Positions 52,012-61,459 of a DNA stretch of 64,000 bases are shown here, in pieces. Location: the NCBI GenBank assembly GCA_902775285.1, contig CACYLI010000001.1:219697-283696 (forward strand), written 5' to 3'. Position 1 is the first letter of the stretch. Every line of letters begins with the position of its first letter. This DNA comes from an uncultured Erysipelotrichaceae bacterium. GTDB taxonomy: Bacteria > Bacillota_I > Bacilli_A > RF39 > UBA660. The notes beneath the pieces were generated by a model. The model searched no databases. It saw nothing but the letters and a program-made list of their open reading frames with translations, and had not been told where the DNA came from. The position numbers and the translations under genes were made by a program.

Positions 52012-52067
52012 TGATATTATTATGGTAGATTTGTATCATTAATTATGATACTTTTTTTCTTGGGAGG
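52012..52067 (+). promoter_or_regulatory. promoter, 5'-terminal hairpin/U7 leader and RBS of NTase operon 1
   Basis: Extended -10 TGATATTAT (52012-52020). TAGATTT (52026-32). GTATCAT-TAATT-ATGATAC (52033-51). T7 (52052-58). GGGAGG (52062-67). Confidence 0.55.
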
Positions 52068-52075
52068 AATTATAT

Positions 52076-52864
52076 ATGTCAGTAAATTCATATTTAGAAA
52101 ATTTAGCGGGGAATTTAATACTATCAAATTCGGAAAAAGATAGTATAAAAACATCAATAGATACATTAGAGTATAGATTAAATTCATATTTTGGTGACGA
52201 TATTGAGGAACAGTTTGAATTTGGATCTTATCCTAGAGTCACTATATTGCCTAGAAAAGTTGATGATGATTCGGATGTAGATTATATGGTTGTATTTGAT
52301 AATTCTAATAATTATAAACCTCAAACTTTTTTAGATAGATTAAGAAAGTTTGCAGAAGCAAAGTATTCTACATCAGAAATTTATCAATCATCACCTACAA
52401 TGGTATTAGAATTAAATCACATTAAATTTGAACTTGTTCCTGCATATAAGTCTTACTCTGGAACATATTATATTTCCAATGGCAATGGTGGTTGGATGGC
52501 AACATATCCAAATGACTTCAATTCACAACTTACAAAAGCAAATAACAATAATTCATATAAAATAAAGCCAATTGTAAGACTTATTAAAGAATGGAATGTA
52601 AAAGTAAATTATCATGATTTAACTTCTTATAAGATAGAAGAAAGAATTGCATATAATATGGATTATTCATATGTTTACTGTACAAGTTATACAGATTATG
52701 TAAAAGAAGCTTTTTATCAATTAAAAAATATTACTTACGATAGTAGCATTAAAAGTAGAATTGATACTGCATTAGAAAGAATAGATAAAGCACTAAAATA
52801 TGAAAATGATAATATGCCTTATTCAGCATTAGGAGAAATTAAAAAGGTTTTCCCAGAGGTATAA
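52076..52864 (+). CDS. minimal SMODS/CD-NTase-type nucleotidyltransferase
   Basis: Pol-beta NTase signature FGSYPRVT...DSDVDYMVVF...IKFELVPAY. 262 aa. Followed directly by a TM effector-like gene. Confidence 0.7.
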   Translation: MSVNSYLENLAGNLILSNSEKDSIKTSIDTLEYRLNSYFGDDIEEQFEFGSYPRVTILPRKVDDDSDVDYMVVFDNSNNYKPQTFLDRLRKFAEAKYSTSEIYQSSPTMVLELNHIKFELVPAYKSYSGTYYISNGNGGWMATYPNDFNSQLTKANNNNSYKIKPIVRLIKEWNVKVNYHDLTSYKIEERIAYNMDYSYVYCTSYTDYVKEAFYQLKNITYDSSIKSRIDTALERIDKALKYENDNMPYSALGEIKKVFPEV

Positions 52865-52865
52865 A

Positions 52866-53642
52866 ATGAGTGATGATAGAATAGATGAAATTCAAGAACT
52901 TTATGATAGGTGCAATAAAATTGCAAAGTATGCTAATTGGTTATTTTTAATTAATATTGCTGTTTCGTTTATATTATTATTTAATTTTAAATATAGGGAT
53001 ATATTTGTTATTATAAGTCTATTACTAACTATTGTATATGTTATATTGGTAAACATAAATGAAATGTATTTTAGTAATCTTGCAGAAAACGAAAGAAGAA
53101 AGTCTCTTTTAAAAGAATCGTTTGATGTTAACACTACCTTGAGAGATACAAATAAGTATTATAATAATGAAGCACAACCTTCTATTGAAAAACTAGGACT
53201 AAATTGTTATGAAAGTGCCTTTTTTACAAAAAAAGTAGTTGATAAAATGCTTCCGATAAATATTATTAAAGTTAGTATACTTATTATAATATATATAATT
53301 TTAATGATAAAATTAGATAATATGGATTTATTATTAGTAATTACACAAACATTATTTTCTGCCGAAATTATATTTTCTTTTATAAAATTATGTTATTATA
53401 AATTTCAATTAGATAAAGTTTGTAAAGAATTTCAAAACATATTTTTGATAATTGGTTTAAAAAATAAAGATGCGAATGTATTAATATTAGATGCTACTAT
53501 GGATTATGAATGCTTAAAAAGTTATTGTAAGATTTTAACATCTAGCAAGATTTTCCTTAAAAACAATGATCAATGGTCAAAAGAATGGCAAAGACTGTTA
53601 AATAAAATTAAAAAGAAAAAGGAGAAGGATAGCAATGAATAA
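52866..53642 (+). CDS. four-TM (2+2) membrane protein, S-4TM-like putative effector
   Basis: Starts 1 nt after the NTase stop. Helices WLFLINIAVSFILLFNF, IFVIISLLLTIVYVILVNI, VSILIIIYIILMIKL, LLLVITQTLFSAEIIFSFIKL. Confidence 0.6.
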   Translation: MSDDRIDEIQELYDRCNKIAKYANWLFLINIAVSFILLFNFKYRDIFVIISLLLTIVYVILVNINEMYFSNLAENERRKSLLKESFDVNTTLRDTNKYYNNEAQPSIEKLGLNCYESAFFTKKVVDKMLPINIIKVSILIIIYIILMIKLDNMDLLLVITQTLFSAEIIFSFIKLCYYKFQLDKVCKEFQNIFLIIGLKNKDANVLILDATMDYECLKSYCKILTSSKIFLKNNDQWSKEWQRLLNKIKKKKEKDSNE

Positions 53643-54993
53643 TTATGATGTTTGTATTATAGGTGCTGGTCCATGTGGCTTAACTCTAGCATTAGAATTA
53701 AGTACCAAATATAAAGTATGTATTATTGAAGCGGGACGTGAGTATCAAAAAAGAATATGTCCACTAGATACGAAAGGAATATGTAAAGAAAATTGTAATC
53801 CTTGTAATATTATAACAGGTTTCGGTGGGTGTCAATTTATTGATGGTACAAAGGCATGCTTTTATCCCGCAGGATCTGGCTTATTTAATTTTAATTCTAA
53901 AGAAGAAGTTATATCAAATTATAATTATATAGAAAAATTGTTAGTTAAATATGGTAAACCATTGAGAGAACAATCAAGCGAAGAAGAAATAAACAAAATA
54001 ATAAGTGATTTTAATAAATATAATATTGATGTTAAATATTATAATGCTCAAAAAGTGGATAAAGATGTTATGCAGTCAATTGGAATTAGAATGCGTGAAG
54101 AGTTAATTAAAAATGGTGTTGAATTTTTTTATAATGAATGTGTCTACAACATAGAAAAAAATGATGATTTCACCATTTATTCAACAAGCAAAGTAATCAA
54201 AGCAAAAAAGGTTGCCTTAGCTACAGGCAGATATGGTGGACTATTCTTAAACAAGTTATCAGAAAAATTGAAGATAGAATATGAAAAAAATAATTTTGTA
54301 GGTGAAATAGGTGTAAGAATAGAAATGCCATATAATGTTTTTAATCATGTTGATAATGTCTTTAACGATATAAAATTAAAAAGAAAAATTGATGATTTTA
54401 ATGAGATGAGGTCTTTTTGTCAAAACTATAAAGGTATAGTTAGAAAATGTGTGTTTGATACCGAAAACGCTAAAATGTCTTCATTAGATGGTTGCATATT
54501 AGGTCCAGAAAGAAATAATACACAAAGTATAAATATTGCTATTCATCACAGAAAAAAAGATATAACTGAAATTGAGAAATTTAAGGATATGATTTTACAA
54601 GCAAATAAGGACGGAAAGCCAATCGCTCAAAATATGGTATCATTTCTTAATAATACAGACAATTGTGAGTTTAACGAAAAATATTGTACTATGAAAGATT
54701 ATGTTATAGATAATGCTAATAAGTATTTACCAGAAGAAACATTAAATTATATAAAAGATATGATAGTTGATATTGATAAGGTTTTACCAGGATTTGCTGA
54801 TAGAGACAATATAGTTTATGCTCCATCATTTGAATTAGGCGGAGATAAATACAAACTTTCAAAAGGGTTTGAAACAAATATTGAAGGATTATATATTGGC
54901 GGAGATGCTTGTGGATTCTTTAGAGGATTAATGCAAGCGATGATATCAGGTAAAATAATTAGTGAAGATATAATAAAAAAAATGGAGGTATAG
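53635..54993 (+). CDS. FAD-dependent oxidoreductase (COG2509-like)
   Basis: YDVCIIGAGPCGLTLALEL dinucleotide fold, Cys cluster CPLDTKGICKENCNPC, and C-terminal GLYIGGDACGFFRGLMQAMISG. 8-nt overlap with the upstream gene. Confidence 0.8.
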   Translation: MNNYDVCIIGAGPCGLTLALELSTKYKVCIIEAGREYQKRICPLDTKGICKENCNPCNIITGFGGCQFIDGTKACFYPAGSGLFNFNSKEEVISNYNYIEKLLVKYGKPLREQSSEEEINKIISDFNKYNIDVKYYNAQKVDKDVMQSIGIRMREELIKNGVEFFYNECVYNIEKNDDFTIYSTSKVIKAKKVALATGRYGGLFLNKLSEKLKIEYEKNNFVGEIGVRIEMPYNVFNHVDNVFNDIKLKRKIDDFNEMRSFCQNYKGIVRKCVFDTENAKMSSLDGCILGPERNNTQSINIAIHHRKKDITEIEKFKDMILQANKDGKPIAQNMVSFLNNTDNCEFNEKYCTMKDYVIDNANKYLPEETLNYIKDMIVDIDKVLPGFADRDNIVYAPSFELGGDKYKLSKGFETNIEGLYIGGDACGFFRGLMQAMISGKIISEDIIKKMEV

Positions 54994-54997
54994 AAAG

Positions 54998-55654
54998 ATG
55001 AATGAAAAAGATTATATTGAGATTAACAAAGCATCATACGATATAGTTGCTGAAGAATATAAAACAAAATATAAAAACAATGATGGTGCTAATAAGTTTT
55101 ATGAGATATTACAGGAATTTGTTTTAAATAAGAAAAATAGTAGCATTTCAAAAATGTTAGAAATTGGACCAGGAGTTGGTACACTTCTAAAAATATTTGA
55201 AGAAAAAGGATTTAGAACAACAGCAGTAGAATTATCAAAAAACATGGCATCTTTAGCTTGTGAAAATTCGAGTAATTCAGTCATTATCAATGGCAATATT
55301 CTTGAAACTGATTTTATGCCTAAACAATTTGATTTTATTTTAGCAATGGCTGTTATTCATAATTTTCCAGAAGAAGATTTAATAAAATTACTAGATAAAA
55401 TTAAAATATGGTTAAAAGATGACGGATATTTTATTTTAGATACTACTAATAATAAAGTTACCGAAACTGGATTTTTTGAAAAAGAAGATTACAATAATAA
55501 TGTAGTACGTTATAGAAGAAAATGGAAAAAGGAAGATTTAGAAACTTTTATGGAAAAACAAGGATTTTATATTCAAGATAGTGTTGTTTATAAAGATTCT
55601 ACCTCTAGTAAAGAATGGCTTATATATAGTTTTAAAGTTGAAAAAAGTGCGTAA
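54998..55654 (+). CDS. class I SAM-dependent methyltransferase
   Basis: MLEIGPGVGTL (motif I), FDFILAMAVIHNF. Starts 4 nt after the FAD gene stop. Confidence 0.8.
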   Translation: MNEKDYIEINKASYDIVAEEYKTKYKNNDGANKFYEILQEFVLNKKNSSISKMLEIGPGVGTLLKIFEEKGFRTTAVELSKNMASLACENSSNSVIINGNILETDFMPKQFDFILAMAVIHNFPEEDLIKLLDKIKIWLKDDGYFILDTTNNKVTETGFFEKEDYNNNVVRYRRKWKKEDLETFMEKQGFYIQDSVVYKDSTSSKEWLIYSFKVEKSA

Positions 55655-55674
55655 TATTTTACACACTTTTCATT

Positions 55675-56985
55675 TTATTCTAAAGTCTTAGAATTGTCTT
55701 TTTCTTTTTGAATATCTTTATCAAAATTATTAAGATTATTTTGTATGCCTTCGGCTCTTTTAGTTATTTCTTTACAATACTTATCATACTTATAGAGTAC
55801 TTTAATTTTAGGTTGTATATCATTTATTTCAGCAAGTATTTCATTTTGTTTATCTTCAATTTTTGCTCTGTGGTATCTTTTCCAGAGATTTTCTCTTTTT
55901 CCTTTTAATTCACTTAATTCATTAGAGTTATTTTTAGCAAAATTTTCCAAATCTTCTTTTGTAACGATATTTTTCTCATGCATAAATCTAACTTGTTGTG
56001 AAATTTGTTCTAATTTATAAACTTCTTTTCTAATAGAGTATGGAAGATATTGTTTTGGATGTTTCTTTGGAAAGACTCCTAGTAGATAACAATAGTATAA
56101 ATATAATCCATATATTCCTTTATGGGTTTTATTAGTTTTAGAATATTCTTCAAAGATAGATTTTTGTGGCATAGGTCTAAATACTATTTGTCTTGATAAA
56201 TATAATCGTTGGTTTAGTCTTTCTTTTGAATATTCTTCACCAAATACATTTTCTATTCTAACTTTATCTTCACCATCTCTATAAATAGTTATTACACCAT
56301 TACGAGAATAAACTTTATAACCTAGTGACCTCATTCTCTCAAATAATTGTTTTAAAGTAACTGAATAACTAATAACACTATCTAAATCTTCTTTAAGAGT
56401 TTTGTAATATTCATCATTTGAAATGCTTTTAGTATAAGTCCTTTTATAAAACTTATCTTCATCTAAAACAGATAGTCCATATTCAGAACATAGTGAATCA
56501 GAAATATGTCTTATCTTTGATATATTGGTTAGGTTGTTATTATATTTCTTACCAGTTTTAAATGATACAGAATTGATAATGAAATGGTTGTGTATGTGGT
56601 TAGTATTTTGATGTGTAGCAACAACCACTTCATAATCTTTAAACATTTCTTCAACAAACTTAACTCCAATCTCATGAGCAATGTCAGGAGTAACTTCTCC
56701 TTTTTTAAATGACTGATAACCATGATAAGCGAGAACTCCATCTTTTTTTCTAAATCTTTCTTTGGTGAACTCCATATCATCACAAGGATTATCTTCATCA
56801 CAATTCAAGCAACTGACATAACAAACTTTTTCTTCTTTAAAATTATAATCTTTAATAGGTTCTTCTAAATAACTATATGATTCTCTATTACCATAATCTT
56901 TATTAAGAGTTTTCTCAGGATTGATGATATAATTTATAGACTGCTTTAAATTATTCTTAATACTCCAAATTGATGTTGTTGCCAT
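55675..56985 (-). CDS. relaxase/mobilisation nuclease (MobA/VirD2-type)
   Basis: MATTSIWSIKNNLKQSINYIINPEKT N-terminus and the His-cluster ATHQNTNHIHNHFIINSV. Confidence 0.85.
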   Translation of the reverse strand: MATTSIWSIKNNLKQSINYIINPEKTLNKDYGNRESYSYLEEPIKDYNFKEEKVCYVSCLNCDEDNPCDDMEFTKERFRKKDGVLAYHGYQSFKKGEVTPDIAHEIGVKFVEEMFKDYEVVVATHQNTNHIHNHFIINSVSFKTGKKYNNNLTNISKIRHISDSLCSEYGLSVLDEDKFYKRTYTKSISNDEYYKTLKEDLDSVISYSVTLKQLFERMRSLGYKVYSRNGVITIYRDGEDKVRIENVFGEEYSKERLNQRLYLSRQIVFRPMPQKSIFEEYSKTNKTHKGIYGLYLYYCYLLGVFPKKHPKQYLPYSIRKEVYKLEQISQQVRFMHEKNIVTKEDLENFAKNNSNELSELKGKRENLWKRYHRAKIEDKQNEILAEINDIQPKIKVLYKYDKYCKEITKRAEGIQNNLNNFDKDIQKEKDNSKTLE

Positions 56986-57008
56986 TATAGGTTTATTCTT
57001 CCTTTTTG

Positions 57009-57040
57009 GGTGGTGGGAGTAATACCACCTTGCTTGCTTA
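57009..57040 (+). promoter_or_regulatory. candidate oriT core of element 1
   Basis: GGTGG...CCACC hairpin with GGGAGTAA in the loop, followed by TGCTTGCTTA. Same motif and spacing recur at 63394-63430. Confidence 0.4.
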
Positions 57041-57048
57041 TGACAACA

Positions 57049-57402
57049 TTAGACATAAATTAACTCCTTTAGAATAATTTCTTCAGCAGTATTTTTATAA
57101 TTATTCATCAATTTTACCCATTCAAGTTGATTATTTTCTTTACTTTTTTCGGATAGTTTTTCATCATTTTTAATATAATTATCCATTAAAGTTTTTAATC
57201 TTTCTTCACATTCTTTACTGGCTGAAAGAAGATGATTTGTTAGTTCATTCTTCATTAAAAGTGCTTGATATAATCCTTTTTTGTGTTCCTTAATATAATA
57301 TAATCGCAAGTAACCATACTTATTTACTTCTCCATAATTTTGATTTTCTATTACTAAATTAGGTAATAAATAGTCTCCAACTTTTCTATAATCGATATTC
57401 AT
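57049..57402 (-). CDS. tnpV: TnpV family transposon protein
   Basis: MNIDYRKVGDYLLPNL...NKYGYLRL...QLEWVKLMNNYKNTAEEIILKELIY matches the TnpV pattern of Tn4451-type elements. Confidence 0.8.
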   Translation of the reverse strand: MNIDYRKVGDYLLPNLVIENQNYGEVNKYGYLRLYYIKEHKKGLYQALLMKNELTNHLLSASKECEERLKTLMDNYIKNDEKLSEKSKENNQLEWVKLMNNYKNTAEEIILKELIYV

Positions 57403-57420
57403 AATTTAATCAAATCCTTT

Positions 57421-59262
<1,842 letters not shown>

Positions 59263-59288
59263 TTAGTAATGAAAGGCACCAAAGTAAA

Positions 59289-59314
59289 AAGGTGTCACAT
59301 AACAAGGACACCTT
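59289..59314 (-). terminator. hairpin terminator upstream of the recombinase gene
   Basis: AAGGTGTC-N10-GACACCTT followed on the minus strand by TTTTT. Confidence 0.5.
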
Positions 59315-59382
59315 TGAATAATTGATTATTTTATACGACAAAAACAACCAATATTGTGGGAGTATATAAACTCACCAATTCA

Positions 59383-59655
59383 TTAATGCCTTGCTATGTA
59401 CTCTGATAATTCAGACAATGGGATTTTCTTCTTTAAATTCCCTATATAAAAATGTTTCTGTTCATTGAAGAATAGGTATAACTTATCTCCAATAATTACT
59501 TTATGTGGTTCTACATACGCTAAATTGGTATGTTCCACAATCCTTAAGTATCCTTCAATTATTTGATAGGACTTCTTATTAAATTTGCAAGACCAATTAA
59601 TTTTGGCTTTGAGTTCATCACTCATATTGATTTTCTTTTTTACGATATTAATCAT
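59383..59655 (-). CDS. hypothetical 90-aa protein at the right end of element 1
   Basis: ORF in the track with no recognisable motif. Codirectional with the recombinase. Confidence 0.4.
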   Translation of the reverse strand: MINIVKKKINMSDELKAKINWSCKFNKKSYQIIEGYLRIVEHTNLAYVEPHKVIIGDKLYLFFNEQKHFYIGNLKKKIPLSELSEYIARH

Positions 59656-59836
59656 ACCACATCACACCCTTTCTTTGCAATAGCAACAAAAAAATCAACT
59701 TGCGTTGATTTAATCATTAACATCGCTTGGTGCGACGATTTTATCTTTTGGAGCGATTAAGCAACAGCTTACGAACTAATAAGTTCTCTTTCTAAATAAA
59801 TTATATATTAATTCTTTTTAAATTTCAATGGGAGTA

Positions 59837-59913
59837 TGGAAAAAAATACCTAGATATAGTATAATTAAACTAGATTTCGTATCGTTAAATTACGATACTT
59901 TTTTTGTGGGAGG
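59837..59913 (+). promoter_or_regulatory. promoter, 5'-terminal hairpin/U7 leader and RBS of NTase operon 2
   Basis: TGGAAA-N17-TATAAT (59837-59865). TAGATTT (59871-77). GTATCGT-TAAATT-ACGATAC (59879-98). T7 (59899-905). GGGAGG (59908-913). Confidence 0.55.
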
Positions 59914-59918
59914 TTTAA

Positions 59919-60812
59919 ATGAGATATACTGAAAGTCAATTAGAAGGTTTTACTAAGCCAATTAGTGATACTGAAAATCAAAGATGTGAAAATATGATAA
60001 AAATGGTAAAGGAGGCTATCCAAGACTATTATATTGAAACTAGAGATAATAAAATGAATTTAAGTGATTATGAAATATTTTTACAAGGTTCTTATGCAAA
60101 CAATACTAATGTTAAGCAAAATAGCGATGTTGATATTTGTGTTATGTATAAAAATGTATTTCATTATAGTATGCCTGAAGGATATTCTTTAAATGGCTCA
60201 TACACAGATTCTTCATTAGATTATTTTGAATTAAGAAATACCATAAAAAGAGCATTAATTAAGAAATTTGGCTCTGATAGAATAATAGATAAAAATAAAG
60301 CTATAAGGATATTATCAAACTCTTACACGACAGATGCAGATGTTGTAGTTGCATTTCAATATAGAAAATATATCAATTCCACAAATTTTCAAGAAGGTAT
60401 TTATTATAAAGCATTAGATAAGTCCATAGTTATTAATTATCCTAAAATACATATTAAAAATGGAAATGAAAAAAATGTTGCTAGTAATTATATGTATAAA
60501 AAAATGGTAAGAATTTTCAAAAAAATAATGTATGATATGCAAGATGACAAAATTTATGGAAGTAAAGATGTAAAAGGATTTGTTTTAGAATGTATGATTT
60601 ATAATTTTCCTAATGATGAGATGTTTAAACATATAGAAACTAAATATACAGATAATTTACAAAAAATGATGAATACATTTATTAATGAATCTATGAATTT
60701 GTGGAAAGAAGTAAATGAAATAAAATGGTTATTTGGCATTGAAGAAGGAAAAAAAGAAAGTGATTATAAGGATTATATAAAAGCTATGAAGGAGTATGTA
60801 AATGGAAACTAA
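59919..60812 (+). CDS. cdnX: CD-NTase (cGAS/DncV-like nucleotidyltransferase)
   Basis: FLQGSYANNTNVKQNSDVDICVMY and TTDADVVVAF catalytic acidic residues. 297 aa. Overlaps the downstream effector gene. Confidence 0.8.
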   Translation: MRYTESQLEGFTKPISDTENQRCENMIKMVKEAIQDYYIETRDNKMNLSDYEIFLQGSYANNTNVKQNSDVDICVMYKNVFHYSMPEGYSLNGSYTDSSLDYFELRNTIKRALIKKFGSDRIIDKNKAIRILSNSYTTDADVVVAFQYRKYINSTNFQEGIYYKALDKSIVINYPKIHIKNGNEKNVASNYMYKKMVRIFKKIMYDMQDDKIYGSKDVKGFVLECMIYNFPNDEMFKHIETKYTDNLQKMMNTFINESMNLWKEVNEIKWLFGIEEGKKESDYKDYIKAMKEYVNGN

Positions 60813-61407
60813 AAAAATTATAATAATATTGCCAATTATAAATTATATTATATTTTTTTCTTTAATATCTAAAATTATTAATCTGTCGTGGTATGATTCA
60901 CTTGGATATGCTATAACTGCAACATTACTTGAAATATTTATATTCAAAAAATGGTTATGGAAAATACCAATATTACAAAAAATCACTAAAATTAACAATA
61001 TACAGGGAATATGGACAGGAAAAATTGTATCTAATTACGATGATAAAGAGCACATAATAGAGGAAGTTATTATTAAGCAAAGTTTTAATAAATATAAAGT
61101 AGTTCTAAGCACAAAAGAATCAAGAAGTTATAGTGGTATTAACGAAATAAGTATTAATGAGTTTGATAGAATGGAATTACAGTATATGTATAAAAATGAA
61201 GCTCCAGTAAATTTAAGAAAAAAAAATCCTATGCATTTTGGTGTTGCAAATTTAGAGTATAAAGATAATAAATTAACTGGGACTTATTGGACTGATCGAG
61301 AAATTAATGGTGGAAAAAATACAAGAGGAACAATGGAATTACAAAGAACTAACAAAAATGGACATTTTGATTTAATAAGTATATTAGATGTTTTTGATGT
61401 TTTTTAG
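60802..61407 (+). CDS. cap15: Cap15-like (S-2TM-beta) CBASS effector
   Basis: Two N-terminal TM helices, then a beta-rich ~130-aa domain (GIWTGKIVSNY...YKVVLSTKESRSYS...LQYMYKNE...HFGVANLEY...LTGTYWTDRE...TRGTMELQR). 11-nt overlap with the CD-NTase gene. Confidence 0.7.
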   Translation: METKKIIIILPIINYIIFFSLISKIINLSWYDSLGYAITATLLEIFIFKKWLWKIPILQKITKINNIQGIWTGKIVSNYDDKEHIIEEVIIKQSFNKYKVVLSTKESRSYSGINEISINEFDRMELQYMYKNEAPVNLRKKNPMHFGVANLEYKDNKLTGTYWTDREINGGKNTRGTMELQRTNKNGHFDLISILDVFDVF

Positions 61408-61426
61408 AAAAAATTATTAAAAATAT

Positions 61427-61435
61427 GTTATAATA
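61427..61435 (+). promoter_or_regulatory. extended -10 promoter element for the repeat-protein gene
   Basis: TGTTATAAT about 25 nt upstream of the RBS AAGGGAGG. Confidence 0.4.
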
Positions 61436-61459
61436 TTTAGCACAAAGGGAGGATTTGGA

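Noticed and set aside
52026-52067. Interpreting the NTase leader as a riboswitch
   Set aside because: The predicted transcript start leaves only ~6 nt before the hairpin, so there is no room for an aptamer. A simple attenuator, stabiliser or operator is more parsimonious.
52901-53134. Minus-strand ORF inside the 4TM gene, and 55099..55296 inside the methyltransferase gene
   Set aside because: Antisense shadows. The plus-strand operon is tightly coupled and carries motifs.
55708-56801. ORFs 55708..55908 (+) and 56529..56801 (-, alternate frame) within the relaxase gene
   Set aside because: They overlap a relaxase ORF that has clear catalytic motifs. The translations are low-complexity.
59563-59760. 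Plus-strand 65-aa ORF overlapping the 90-aa minus-strand ORF and the element junction
   Set aside because: It has no RBS and crosses the conserved end sequences. Neither small ORF is strongly supported, and I kept only the minus-strand one because it is codirectional with the recombinase.
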